From positions 7,918 to 71,917 of the forward strand of contig JBEKNV010000010.1 of the NCBI GenBank assembly GCA_049522395.1: a stretch of DNA of 64,000 nucleotides, read 5' to 3'. Of the stretch, positions 10,585 to 20,907 are shown in pieces (positions within the stretch are counted from its first letter, which is position 1; every line of letters starts with the position of its first letter). The position numbers were made by a program, and so were the translations under genes. The DNA comes from Methylovirgula sp. (GTDB lineage Bacteria; Pseudomonadota; Alphaproteobacteria; Rhizobiales; Beijerinckiaceae). The notes under the pieces are model-generated. The model searched no databases. It worked only from the letters and a program-made list of their open reading frames with translations, and was not told where the DNA came from.

Positions 10585-12892
10585 GTGACCGAGGCTGCTG
10601 GTTCAACGCTTGCCGAGCGCCAAGTCTCAACCGCGTCTTCGACAGCGCGGCGAAACGCGTTCTTCGGCGATCCTCGCGCGCTGCTGCGCGAGGCTTTGGC
10701 GCAGGAGATCGCCGAGCGGCGGTTCTTTCTCTGGTTGCCCGTCGCCGCGGGCGCGGGCGTCGTCTGCTCGATCTATGCCGACCACGAGCCCTCGTTGATC
10801 TTCGTGGGCATCGGCCTTCTGGTCTCGGGCGCTATCGCCGTTCTTCTCCGCCATCGGCCTCTGGCCTTCGCAATCAGCCTCGCCATCTTCGCGCTATTCC
10901 TCGGCTTTGCCTCGGCCGGCTGGCGCGCCCAGAGCGTCGCGGCCCCCGTTCTGACCCATGTCAAGATTGCAACCATCGAAGGCTTCATCGAAGAGATGGA
11001 CTTTCGCGAGACCGGCGCGCGTTTCGTGCTGCGCCCAGACAGCATCGACGGACTCGCGGGGAATGAGACGCCCTATCGCGTCCGGCTGACGATCCGCCGC
11101 ACGCCGCCATTCGAGGCCGTCACTTATGTAAAGCTCAAAGCGCGTCTGCTGCCGCCGGCCCATGCCAGCCTTCCCGGCGGCTATGATTTTGCCCGCGACG
11201 CCTGGTTCGCGCGCATCGGCGCCGTTGGCAATGTCTTGGGCCGCGTCGAGGTTTTGACGCCGCCGCGCGACCCGAGTTCTCTCTTCCGCATGGGCGCGGC
11301 GATCGATCGCGCGCGCAATGCGTTGGCGCGCCGTGTCGATACGATCGTCGGCGGCGACGCCGGCGCGATCGCCGCGGCTATGGTGACCGGCAAGCGCGAT
11401 TATCTCTCGGAGGATACCAAGGACATCATTCGCGAAGCCGGCATCTTCCACATCATCACCATTTCGGGCGTGCAGATGACGCTCGTCGCCGGCATTTTTT
11501 TCATCGGCTTTCGAAGGCTCCTGGCGATGAGCCCGACGCTCGCTCTGCACTATCCGATCAAGAAATGGGCGGCAGGCGCGGCGATCCTGGGCGCGATCCT
11601 TTATGACATGCTGACGGGCTCGCGCGTCGGCACGGAGCGCGCGCTGACCATGACCGTCATCATCCTCGCCGCCGTCATGATCGGGCGCGGATCGCTCACC
11701 ATGCGCAATCTCGCCTTCGCCGCGCTCATTGTCATTCTGATCGAACCCGAAGCGACCCGAAGCGATCCTCGGCGCAAGCTTTCAGCTTTCCTTTGCTGCC
11801 GTCGCCGCCCTCGTCGCGGTCTATGAAGCGCGGATGGGCATTCGCTCGCAGATGCGCGAAGCGGAATCGCCGTCGCGCCCGCTTGCTGCACCGCCTGACC
11901 GGCCGCACAGGCTGGCGCGCATCGCGGACCTCTCGACGCGCGGCCCCCTCGCACTGTTGATCGCGACCTTCGGCGCGACGACGGCGACCGCCTGTTTCAT
12001 GGCGCATAATTTCCATGAGCTCAGCCCCTATGTGCTGATCGGCAATCCGCTGACGCTGACGATTATCGAACTCTTCGCCGTGCCGGGCGCGCTCATCGGA
12101 ACCTTTCTCTATCCGCTCGGGCTTGACGCCTTCGTCTGGCATTATGTCGGCGCCGGCATTGCCATCGTCATGTGGGCGGCGCGCCAGATCGGCAGCTGGC
12201 CCGGCGCAACCGTTCATCTTCATGCCTTCGCGCCTTGGGCGATTGTGTTTCTCGCGCTTGCCGTTCTCTCCGCCGTGCTGTGGCGGAGCTGGCTTTTCCG
12301 CGCCAGCGCGATCCCGCTGGCCATCATCGGCCTTTATGGCGCCGCGAGCGGACCCGGCTTCGATGTGGCGATTGCCGCGACGGGCGATGCCGTGGCGCTG
12401 CGCGGCGGCGACGGCACTCTGACAGTGCTCGGCCATCGGCCGAGTCTCTTTGATGCGGAGCAGTGGCTGCGGGCCGATGCCGATGGGCGAAAGCCGCGTA
12501 CGGCGATCGATTCTTCGGCCTGCGACAAGCTCGGCTGCGTTGGCATTCTGCCAGATGGACGCGCTTTGTCGCTTGTGCTCGACAAGGCGGCCTTTGCCGA
12601 GGATTGCCGGCGTGCTGCGATCATCGTGACGCCGCTCTGGGCGCCGCGGGGATGTGCGGCGCCGCTGATCATCGATCGCGACAGGCTCGCGGAGACGGGC
12701 GCGGTGACGCTGAAAGAAGAGGGCGAGCACTGGCAGATGACGACCGCGCATGATGCCGACGAAGATCGGCCGTGGTCGCCGGCGCCGAAGCGGCATTGGC
12801 AAGCGTCAGTGCCAGAAAAAGCGGGCCAGCCGGCAGGCGAGTCCGACTCCAATGCGGAGTCTTCGGATTTGGATGAATCCTCGCCGGAATAG
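10585..12892 (+). pseudogene. comEC: ComEC/Rec2 DNA internalisation channel, frameshifted by a 10-bp tandem duplication
   Basis: Two consecutive ORFs (ending 11826 and starting 11834) are both ComEC-like polytopic membrane sequence. Removing one copy of cccgaagcga restores ...LIEPEAILGASFQLSFAAVAALVAVYEARMGIRSQ..., the conserved ComEC SFQLSF motif. Start is uncertain (GTG 10585 or 10537). Confidence 0.85.
11746..11765 (+). repeat. Perfect 10-bp tandem duplication (cccgaagcga x2) inside comEC
   Basis: Read directly: copies at 11746-11755 and 11756-11765 are identical. The +10 nt causes the frameshift. Confidence 0.95.
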
Positions 12893-12901
12893 GCGACGCG
12901 C

Positions 12902-13675
12902 TTATTTTGCAGCGATTGTTTCGCCAAAGATCGTCTCGAAGGAACGGCGCAGCGCGCCATCGACATCCGCGAGACTGACTCGATGCCCAAGATCGGCGAG
13001 GCTCGTCACGCCCAGATGCGATGCTGAGACGCCACAGGGCACGATGCCGGAGAAATGCGAAAGATCCGGAGCGACATTGATCGCAATGCCGTGAAACGAC
13101 ACCCAGCGCCGGAGCCTTACGCCGATCGCCGCGATCTTGTCTTCGGCGATTTCTCCGTTCATGCCGCACGGCTTGTCGGGACGTGCGACCCAGACGCCGA
13201 CGCGGCCCTCGCGCGTTTCGCCCTTGATGTTGAATTCGGCGAGCGTCGCGATGATCCAGGATTCCAAGGCAGTGACGAAAGCGCGCACATCCTGGCGGCG
13301 GCGCGTCAGATCGAGCATGACATAAGCAACGCGTTGGCCTGGGCCGTGATAGGTGAACTGGCCGCCGCGTCCGGCGCGATGAACGGGGAAGCGCGCCTCG
13401 ATGAGATCGCCATCCTTCGCCGATGTGCCGCCTGTATAAAGCGGCGGATGTTCGAGCAGAAAGACGGCCTCGGCGGATGTTCCAGCGGCAATGGCCTCGA
13501 CCCGCGCTTCCATCGCCGCGACGGTCTCCTCATAAGGCGAAACCGCATCGAAAATCTGCCATGCGACGGGTGGCGACGGCCGCACCGGCAGCATGGAAAG
13601 GCGCGGGCCAGTGCGATGGATCGCGTCAAGTTCCGGATTGTCCACTGATGTCATCGCGTCGCGCTCGAAAGCCAT
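12902..13675 (-). CDS. lipB: Lipoyl(octanoyl) transferase
   Basis: [12 protein letters not shown] motif and LipB-like length. The ORF extends to 13765, but starts at 13675 or 13654 avoid overlap with the divergent gene. Confidence 0.88.
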   Translation of the reverse strand: MAFERDAMTSVDNPELDAIHRTGPRLSMLPVRPSPPVAWQIFDAVSPYEETVAAMEARVEAIAAGTSAEAVFLLEHPPLYTGGTSAKDGDLIEARFPVHRAGRGGQFTYHGPGQRVAYVMLDLTRRRQDVRAFVTALESWIIATLAEFNIKGETREGRVGVWVARPDKPCGMNGEIAEDKIAAIGVRLRRWVSFHGIAINVAPDLSHFSGIVPCGVSASHLGVTSLADLGHRVSLADVDGALRRSFETIFGETIAAK

Positions 13676-13756
13676 GCTGCCCGGGGTCCCTTGCGTCGCG
13701 CCGCCGTTGCCATGATATTTGGCGCCGAATTGAGAAATTGGACAGGGCGGGGCGAC

Positions 13757-14164
13757 ATGACTCATATCGAGATCAACTGGTGGGCCATTCTCGCCGCGAT
13801 GGCGGCGAATTTCATCATCGGCGGCATCTGGTATTCGCCGATTCTCTTCGCCAAGCCCTGGCTCGAAATGGCGGGCGTCGGCAAGCGAAAATTCGAAGCG
13901 GGGCTGCCGATCGCGCTTCTCGTGGATCTCGTCTCATCCTTTCTCGTCGCTTTCGTTCTGGTCCATGCGATCCGCTATGCGGGCGCGCATGACCTTGCGA
14001 CGGGGATCTTCGTGACCTTCTGGGTCTGGCTCGGATTTGTCGCGACCGTCCTCATCGCCTCGGTCACCTATGAGCATAAACCGTTTCAGTATTTCGCCAT
14101 CAACGCCGGCTTTCGCTTCGTCGCGATGATGACCATGGGCGCGATCCTCACCCTTTGGAAGTGA
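13757..14164 (+). CDS. DUF1761-family membrane protein
   Basis: Start [35 protein letters not shown] is typical of DUF1761. About 135 aa with 4 hydrophobic segments. Confidence 0.6.
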   Translation: MTHIEINWWAILAAMAANFIIGGIWYSPILFAKPWLEMAGVGKRKFEAGLPIALLVDLVSSFLVAFVLVHAIRYAGAHDLATGIFVTFWVWLGFVATVLIASVTYEHKPFQYFAINAGFRFVAMMTMGAILTLWK

Positions 14165-14182
14165 AACTTGGGAAGTGAAAAC
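14155..14182 (+). repeat. Imperfect tandem duplication spanning the DUF1761 stop codon
   Basis: ttggaagtgaaac (14155-14167) is followed by ttgggaagtgaaaac (14168-14182). Confidence 0.8.
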
Positions 14183-14269
14183 CGCGAGGCGATCCGCTTG
14201 TCAGACCTTTGCCTTTTTGTTAGACGACACGCCTGCCGATTTGGCCAGTCTTGGCCTTATCGCATCTTC

Positions 14270-14354
14270 GCGGCCATGGCGGAATTGGTAGACGCGCTAG
14301 CTTGAGGTGCTAGTGGGGAGACCCGTGGAGGTTCGAGTCCTCTTGGCCGCACCA
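14270..14354 (+). tRNA. tRNA-Leu (anticodon GAG)
   Basis: Acceptor GCGGCCA/TGGCCGC, anticodon stem CTAGC/GCTAG with loop TTGAGGT, long variable arm, T-loop GGTTCGAGTCC, encoded CCA. Confidence 0.92.
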
Positions 14355-14448
14355 ATGTCATTTTCCTTCGATGAACCGTCGGGGCGGTTCAGCCCTTTCT
14401 GTATTCAGAATCTCTAAGACCAGGAGCGAGGCCCAGCCGAGTGGGGCA

Positions 14449-15228
14449 TCACTTGCCGAAACAGCTTTGAAAAGCCTTGAGGGTCTTGAGGCTGCTGGTT
14501 GGTACCAGCGAGCACGCATCATAGTGCCGCTTGACGCCATAATCGGCCAGGGACATGGCGCCATATTCGGCGAGGATTACGGCGTGATTGTCTTTGAGGA
14601 CAGTGTTCTTCGGATCGAGATGTGTGACGAGAGCGAGGCCGGTCGGCCAAGCGTCGAGAGCGACAATCGTCAGCTCGGGACGGTATTTCGATAAGATGGG
14701 CAGGATTTTCCAAACATCCCCCGTCCACCATCCACGGTATCGTGACTTCCTTTGACACTCCTTCGTATAGTCGCGCTCTGCCATCCATAGATCCAGCGGC
14801 ACGCAATCATGGATGGCAATGACTGAGTTTGGACGGCAATGCGCCTCCACATTGGCAAAATCGCGCAAGAGAAATTCGATCAAATGCAGGCCGTCGAGAA
14901 ATGCAAAGTCGACCGGGGCTCGGAAGAGCTCGGAGAGGTCGTGATCGCGGAAGAAATCATCGCTGGAACATTGGAACATCAGGCAGCATGGTTTGCGCCC
15001 GATGACGTCTGATTTGATCCGAAACTCGGGATCCACGGCGATACTTCTGCAATTCGAAAGTTTCAACGTCTCGCCGGAGAATGTTCCGATCTCGAGGTAG
15101 GTCGCGGGCGCGAGGAGATCGTGAAGCCGCTTGAGGACGATTCGATAGGACTCGCCCGGTGGAACTGGAATGGAATTGGCAGAATTGCGTGCGAGCGCCC
15201 GCCGCGCGAGCCCATAGAGATCAATCAT
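14449..15228 (-). CDS. Class I SAM-dependent methyltransferase (CmcI/Methyltransf_24-like)
   Basis: 259 aa with motif I-like YLEIGTFSGETL and FAFLDGLH. AT-richer than the flanks and adjacent to tRNA-Leu. Confidence 0.6.
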   Translation of the reverse strand: MIDLYGLARRALARNSANSIPVPPGESYRIVLKRLHDLLAPATYLEIGTFSGETLKLSNCRSIAVDPEFRIKSDVIGRKPCCLMFQCSSDDFFRDHDLSELFRAPVDFAFLDGLHLIEFLLRDFANVEAHCRPNSVIAIHDCVPLDLWMAERDYTKECQRKSRYRGWWTGDVWKILPILSKYRPELTIVALDAWPTGLALVTHLDPKNTVLKDNHAVILAEYGAMSLADYGVKRHYDACSLVPTSSLKTLKAFQSCFGK

Positions 15229-15358
15229 TCGCCAGAAATCATTCCTTCTAGAAACAATTGGAATTCTTTTTTTGGGTTTTACGCAGGCATGTCGAAGCTT
15301 GGATAAGGCGGACGTTGTTCGAAAGCAACCATCGTCTCGACGTGTCGCCGCCCTTCGT

Positions 15359-16315
15359 CTAGTTTCCCGGCTCCGGCATTTGCGATGCTGGGCCGAGGTG
15401 GCTCTTAGCCCATGACTTTTGCCTTCCGTCCTTAGCCTTGAGATGCGGAACGATCTTCGCGAGAATTTCCTCCGTCTCGGACCTCCAGCCTTTCGGCGCC
15501 TCGCGCAATTTTGGCGGCGGTCCTGCGCCGGGCACGAGATGCACGATGCGGTAGCCGCGTTGCTTTAAGGCGACGAGCAGCTTCGGCAACATCAAGGCCG
15601 TCGACCGGCGGCTGTCATGCAGCAGAAGAATGCCGCGGCCGTCTTTGTCGAGGCGCGTGAGCACGAGCTGCAATTCTTCATTGGGCGTCATCTCCAGCCA
15701 ATCCGACGCCCAGAGATCGGTGCCGAAAATGCCGATGTTGCGGCTCTTCAGCCACTGATCAAGCAGCGGCGTGTCGGCGAAGCCCGGAAAGCGGAAGAAG
15801 GGCACGCGCGGCGCGGGCTCGCCGCTCACATCATCGACTTTGCCATAGGCCGCCTCATCGTCCGCGGCAAAGCCCCTGTCGATATCGGCGCGCGCCGCCT
15901 GTTCGGTCATCAGCCGCAGCGTCTCTCCGGGATGTGAAAAGCTGTGATGGCCGATCGTGTGGCCGTCAGCTAATTCTTGCCGCACGAGCGCCGGACGCGA
16001 CGTGGCATTGCGGCCGATGAGAAAAAAAGTCGCGTGCACGCATTCTCTGGCAAGCACCTTGAGCACAAGCGGCGTCGTCGCGGCGGGGCCGTCGTCGAAT
16101 GTCAGCACCACTTCATGGTCGGCGAGATCGAGCGTCTGCGGATAGGTCTTGAGCCCGATGGCGAAGCCGTCTTGCGTGCCCAGCACGATTGTCCGCGCTG
16201 TGCCGAGAGACCCAGCGGGGCAGGCGGGTTTTGCCGGAGTCGCGACTGGCGCCGCAACGCTCGGGAATGCAAGCAGCGCTAAGGCGCATAAAGCTAAGAG
16301 GAGAGAACGGCGCAC
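15359..16315 (-). CDS. Secreted polysaccharide deacetylase (NodB homology domain)
   Basis: 318 aa with signal peptide (LLALCALALLAFPSVAA), plus VVLTFDDGP and HHSFSHP motifs. Confidence 0.85.
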   Translation of the reverse strand: MRRSLLLALCALALLAFPSVAAPVATPAKPACPAGSLGTARTIVLGTQDGFAIGLKTYPQTLDLADHEVVLTFDDGPAATTPLVLKVLARECVHATFFLIGRNATSRPALVRQELADGHTIGHHSFSHPGETLRLMTEQAARADIDRGFAADDEAAYGKVDDVSGEPAPRVPFFRFPGFADTPLLDQWLKSRNIGIFGTDLWASDWLEMTPNEELQLVLTRLDKDGRGILLLHDSRRSTALMLPKLLVALKQRGYRIVHLVPGAGPPPKLREAPKGWRSETEEILAKIVPHLKAKDGRQKSWAKSHLGPASQMPEPGN

Positions 16316-16320
16316 CGGCC

Positions 16321-17625
16321 TTACTGCGGATTCTCGAGGCTCAGCGTTTCCGAGCCTTCGTCGTAAGCGAAGAGTTCGCCGTAGCGGCCCCAGTTGATGA
16401 CGGTCTTGAGCGTCGTCTCGGCATAATCGTCGGACATATAGTCTTCGAGTTCTTCAAGGAAGCGGGCCGAGCGCGCCCAATGCGTCGGGCGGTCGTCGAG
16501 CACCATTTTGATGCGCGTCGCGAGCGGCACATAGGCGAGAAGATGATCGGCGAAGAGTTTTTTGCGGACATCGACGTCGGCTTCCGCAAAGCGCAGGCCC
16601 GCCGGCGTGAGCTTGATGTCGCCTTCTTCGATTTCGGCGAAGCGCATGAGCTGCAAGGTTTCGGCGACGGGGAAGAGATCGTCGATCGCCATTTGCAGGT
16701 CTTCGCCAAGCGCCGGCAAGTCGGCCCGGCCGCTAAAGGGCGGCCCGGCGATGGTCTCGATCATGCCCGCGAGCGTGTTGGTCGAAATATCTGGCAGCGC
16801 CATGCCGAGACCCATGCCGGGAAAGGCGCCATGCGCGACGGGCGCGGGGCGCCGCGTCATCAAGGCATAGATCTTATCGACCATCTGCCGGAATTCCGGA
16901 TCGAGCCGATTGCGCGGATGCTGGAAATTCACCTGGATTTCCGCGGCGACGCGGCCGGGATTGGAGGAGAGCACGATGATGCGGTTGCACATCAGCACCG
17001 CTTCTTCGATGTTGTGCGTCACCATCAGGATCGACTTGATCGGCATGCGACCTTCGACCCAGAGGTCGAGCAGATCGGTACGCAAAGTTTCCGCGGTCAG
17101 CACATCGAGCGCGGAAAAAGGTTCGTCCATCAAGAGAAGATTGGGTTGGACGACAAGCGCGCGGGCAAATCCGACGCGCTGGCGCATGCCGCCGGAGAGT
17201 TCCTTCGGATAGGCGGATTCGAATCCGTCGAGGCCGATGAGATCGATTGCTTTGAGCGCACGGGGGCGGGCATCGGCTTCGGAGATTTTCTTCGCGCGTA
17301 GCCCGAGTTCCACATTGGCGAGCACAGTGAGCCAGGGAAAGAGAGCTGCGCTCTGAAAGACCATGGCGATGCCTTCGGCCGGCCCCGCGATCGGCGCGCC
17401 ATGAAAGGTCACCGTGCCTTCGGCCGGTTCGATCAACCCCGAAATAATCCGCAACAGCGAAGACTTGCCGCAGCCTGAGCGGCCGAGGAGGCCGACGATC
17501 TCGCCCTCGTACAAAGTCATCGACACATGATCGAGCACGAGCGCGCCTTCTTCGCCGGAGCCCGTGCGATAGCGCTGGCACACGTCTTTGACTTCCAGAA
17601 GCGGTTTCGCGGCCCGGTCGAGCAT
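16321..17625 (-). CDS. ABC transporter ATP-binding protein (nitrate/sulfonate/bicarbonate type) with long C-terminal extension
   Basis: Start MLDRAAKPLLEVKDV at 17625. Walker A GRSGCGKSS, signature LSGGMRQR, Walker B LLLMDEPFSALD, then about 180 extra C-terminal residues. Confidence 0.88.
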   Translation of the reverse strand: MLDRAAKPLLEVKDVCQRYRTGSGEEGALVLDHVSMTLYEGEIVGLLGRSGCGKSSLLRIISGLIEPAEGTVTFHGAPIAGPAEGIAMVFQSAALFPWLTVLANVELGLRAKKISEADARPRALKAIDLIGLDGFESAYPKELSGGMRQRVGFARALVVQPNLLLMDEPFSALDVLTAETLRTDLLDLWVEGRMPIKSILMVTHNIEEAVLMCNRIIVLSSNPGRVAAEIQVNFQHPRNRLDPEFRQMVDKIYALMTRRPAPVAHGAFPGMGLGMALPDISTNTLAGMIETIAGPPFSGRADLPALGEDLQMAIDDLFPVAETLQLMRFAEIEEGDIKLTPAGLRFAEADVDVRKKLFADHLLAYVPLATRIKMVLDDRPTHWARSARFLEELEDYMSDDYAETTLKTVINWGRYGELFAYDEGSETLSLENPQ

Positions 17626-17639
17626 GGAGATGATCCTAA

Positions 17640-19379
17640 TTAATCCAGTCTGTAGCGGCGTTCGGCGAGCCGCGCCAGCGGCCGCCACAAAAGCCGATTG
17701 AAGAAGATGACGAAGACCGACATGACGGCGACTCCCAGCACAATGCGCGGGTAATCGCCAGCGGCGGTTGCCTGCGCAATATAGGCTCCGATGCCATGCG
17801 CCGACACCGTGTCCTTTCCCCATTTGACATATTCGGCGACGATGGCGGCGTTCCACGATCCGCCTGAGGCCGTCAAGGCGCCGGTCACATAGGCCGGAAA
17901 GACGCCGGGGAGAGCGACCTTCGTCCACCATTGGAATCCGCCGACGCGAAAACTTCCGGCCACTTCTTTCAGCTCATTGGGGAAGGCCGTGGCGCCGCCG
18001 ATGACATTGAAGAGAATGTACCACTGCGTGCCGAAGACGATGAGAAAGCTCAGCCAAATGTCGGGATTGAGCGCGAAATGCAGAATGCCGACGACAGCGA
18101 TTGGAAAGACGACATTCGCCGGAAAGGCGGCGAGAAACTGGGCGAGCGGCTGAATCTTTTCGGCAAGCCGCGGACGCAGCCCGATCAGAACGCCGATCGG
18201 CACCCAAATCGCCGAAGCGAGCGCCATCAGCGCGATGACGCGCAGCATGGTGAAGAAGGTGAATTCGACGGCCTGGCCGAAATCGGCGAGCGTGAGGCTC
18301 ACCCTGACATAGCGATAGATGAGCCAGAGGCCCCAGGCGCCGAGCGCGCCCGCCGCTGCCGTCCAGAGAAAGTCGAGGGCGCGATCCTTCAGCGATCTCT
18401 CGCCGGGGACAGCGTGTCCAAGATGGAACGGCAGGTCAAGCCGCCACAGCGCAAAACGGTCGAAGAGACGCGCGGGAATGGAGGACAGCGCGCGCAGCCA
18501 GCGCGTCCTTCGAAAGAGCTGCAAAAGCCAGGAACGTTGCGGTTCTTCGCCGACCGACAGCTCGACGCGAAAGCGGCTCGCAAAAGTCGCGAGCGGCCGA
18601 AACAGGAGCTGGTCGTAGATGATGATGACGACGAGCATCGTCACGATCGCGGCGAAGACGGCATCGATGCGGCGTGCGTCGATCGCGACCGCAAGATAAG
18701 AACCGATGCCCGGCAGTTTGACGGTGGTGTTGCCGACCGTGATCGCCTCGGCGGCGACGACGAAAAACCAGCCGCCTGACATGGACATCATCATGTTCCA
18801 GATCAGCGCCGGGACGGCGAAGGGCGTCTCGAGCTGCCAGAATTTTTGCCAGGCCGAGAGCTGAAAACTCTGTGCCACTTCGTCGAGCTCATGCGGCACG
18901 ATCTTGAGCGACTGGTAGAAGGAAAAGGCCATGTTCCAGGCCTGGCTCGTGAAGATCGCGAAGATCGCCGCGCATTCGGCGCCGAGGGTCGATCCCGGAA
19001 ACAGCGCTAGAAAGAAAGTCACCGTAAAGGACAGAAAGCCGAGGATCGGCACCGATTGCAGCACATCGAGAATGGGAATGAGAATGCGCTCGGCGCGCGC
19101 GCTCTTCGCCGCCAATGTCGCGTAAGTAAAGGTGAAGAGCAGAGACGCCGCCATCGCCGCCAGCATGCGGATCGTCGTTCGCAGCGCATAGGAAGGCAGC
19201 AGAGAATAATCGAGCGAAACGACGGTCGACTGCGGCGCCGTGATCGGCAGCGTCATCGCATGCGAGGTCCGCGCAACGGCGATGAAGCCGGCGAAAATCA
19301 CAGCCAGCGCGATGACGTCGTAATAGTTCGGCAGATTTCGCCGGCCGAGCGCCGCGAGCGCGATGACTCTTGATTGCAT
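17640..19379 (-). CDS. ABC transporter permease (fused double permease domain)
   Basis: 579-aa polytopic protein directly upstream of the ATPase. Two BPD-transporter-like halves. Confidence 0.8.
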   Translation of the reverse strand: MQSRVIALAALGRRNLPNYYDVIALAVIFAGFIAVARTSHAMTLPITAPQSTVVSLDYSLLPSYALRTTIRMLAAMAASLLFTFTYATLAAKSARAERILIPILDVLQSVPILGFLSFTVTFFLALFPGSTLGAECAAIFAIFTSQAWNMAFSFYQSLKIVPHELDEVAQSFQLSAWQKFWQLETPFAVPALIWNMMMSMSGGWFFVVAAEAITVGNTTVKLPGIGSYLAVAIDARRIDAVFAAIVTMLVVIIIYDQLLFRPLATFASRFRVELSVGEEPQRSWLLQLFRRTRWLRALSSIPARLFDRFALWRLDLPFHLGHAVPGERSLKDRALDFLWTAAAGALGAWGLWLIYRYVRVSLTLADFGQAVEFTFFTMLRVIALMALASAIWVPIGVLIGLRPRLAEKIQPLAQFLAAFPANVVFPIAVVGILHFALNPDIWLSFLIVFGTQWYILFNVIGGATAFPNELKEVAGSFRVGGFQWWTKVALPGVFPAYVTGALTASGGSWNAAIVAEYVKWGKDTVSAHGIGAYIAQATAAGDYPRIVLGVAVMSVFVIFFNRLLWRPLARLAERRYRLD

Positions 19380-19391
19380 TGGGAAGTTTTG

Positions 19392-19411
19392 GGTGAGACG
19401 GTGGTCTCACC
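19392..19411. promoter_or_regulatory. Perfect 8-bp inverted repeat (ggtgagac-N4-gtctcacc) in the ABC permease leader
   Basis: Read directly. Lies 13-32 nt upstream of the permease ATG (19379, minus strand). No obvious SD sequence in between. Confidence 0.3.
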
Positions 19412-19656
19412 TCTTGTCATCAATCTCGGTGACATTCAAGTGACGCGGCCTCATGCGCGCGGCTCACCGATGTCGACGCACGTCGCCGCGTCATTGCCGA
19501 AGCGTCGTTGCCGAATCAATTGGTCGTTCGGGCCGGGCGCTTTCTCCTCATCGCTAACCCGGAGCGGCCGGAAAGACGCCTTGTGCCCCGCTTTAGAATA
19601 GCGCTGGACCAGTCCTTGCATTTTACCTATTGTGAAAAGTTAGTCGGCAGAATGCC

Positions 19657-20907
19657 GTGCCGAACGGATTGAGCGTGGGGCGCGAGGCAAAAATGAATAA
19701 GCGCGCCGGCGCTGGCACTGAATTTGGGATGCGACGGCTGGGTCAAGGGTTGGACATCGACGCGGTCGCGCTTGACGTCGCGACTGAGGGCGCCGGCTCT
19801 CATACCGGATCGCCCGATGCCCTCGCGACCGCCCCCAGGGGCGATGCATCACGCCGCCGGCTTGGCCCGGGCGCCTGGCGCAGCCCCCATCCGGGCCCGA
19901 CCTACGCCGCGCTTGACCTCGGCACCAACAATTGCCGGCTTTTGATCGCTCGGCCCGCACAGCGGGACAGCGGTCCCTTCGGCTTCCGCATCGTCGATTC
20001 CTTTTCCCGCATCGTGCGCTTGGGCGAAGGTCTGTCGCAGACGGGCCGCCTCAACGAGGCGGCGATCGAGCGCACGCTCGAAGCCTTGGCGATCTGCCGC
20101 GACAAAATGGAAGGCCGCTCCGTCACGCGCGCGCGGCTGATTGCGACGGAAGCCTGCCGTGCCGCAGCAAACGGCGCAGAATTTGTCACCAAAGTGCGCG
20201 AGACACTCGGCCTCGAACTCGAAATTGTCGATCGCGAAACGGAAGCCCATCTTGCAGCCGCCGGCTGCGCATCATTGGCGGACGCTTCAGCCGAAAGCGT
20301 CGTGCTGTTCGACATTGGCGGCGGCTCATCGGAAGTCATCTGGCTCGATCGCAGCGATCCGATCAAACGCACCGGGTTTGCGGCCGGCTTGCGCAAGCGC
20401 ATTCGCTTCTGGATCTCGCTGAAAATGGGCGTCGTGACGCTCGCCGAAAAATTCGGCGGCATCGAAGTCACCGAAGAGGTGTTCGAGGCCATGGTGCAGG
20501 CCGTCACCCGCGAGTTGGACGATTTTATCGCGCGCGCCTCGAACCTCGGCCGTTGCGCGCATTTCCATCTGCTTGGCACGTCGGGAACGGTGACGACGAT
20601 CGCCGGAATCTTCCTCAATCTGCCGCGCTACGACCGGCGCCGCGTCGATGGGCTCTGGATGTCGGATGGCGAGGTGAACGAAACGGTCGAGCGGCTGCGC
20701 AAGATGAGCTACCGCGAGCGCGTGGCGAATGGTTGCATCGGCCCCGAGCGCGCCGATCTCGTGCTCGCCGGCTGCGCCATCCTCGAGGCGATCCGCCGCG
20801 CCTTTCCGGCCGAGCGGGTGCGCATTGCCGATCGCGGATTGCGCGAAGGCATCTTGCTGCAATTGATGCAGGCCGATCGCATGAAGGGCCGGAACGGCTG
20901 GCGATGA
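19657..20907 (+). CDS. Ppx/GppA-family phosphatase
   Basis: ALDLGTNNCRLLIA and FDIGGGSSE (ASKHA-fold phosphate motifs). Start uncertain and may be internal. Confidence 0.85.
   Translation: MPNGLSVGREAKMNKRAGAGTEFGMRRLGQGLDIDAVALDVATEGAGSHTGSPDALATAPRGDASRRRLGPGAWRSPHPGPTYAALDLGTNNCRLLIARPAQRDSGPFGFRIVDSFSRIVRLGEGLSQTGRLNEAAIERTLEALAICRDKMEGRSVTRARLIATEACRAAANGAEFVTKVRETLGLELEIVDRETEAHLAAAGCASLADASAESVVLFDIGGGSSEVIWLDRSDPIKRTGFAAGLRKRIRFWISLKMGVVTLAEKFGGIEVTEEVFEAMVQAVTRELDDFIARASNLGRCAHFHLLGTSGTVTTIAGIFLNLPRYDRRRVDGLWMSDGEVNETVERLRKMSYRERVANGCIGPERADLVLAGCAILEAIRRAFPAERVRIADRGLREGILLQLMQADRMKGRNGWR

Noticed and set aside
19932-20903. N-terminal 324 codons of the 573-aa ORF that ends as RlmE
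   Set aside because: This part overlaps the Ppx/GppA gene in another frame and translates to Arg-rich nonsense. The RlmE homology begins at MTGGDSG (20904), which overlaps the ppx stop.
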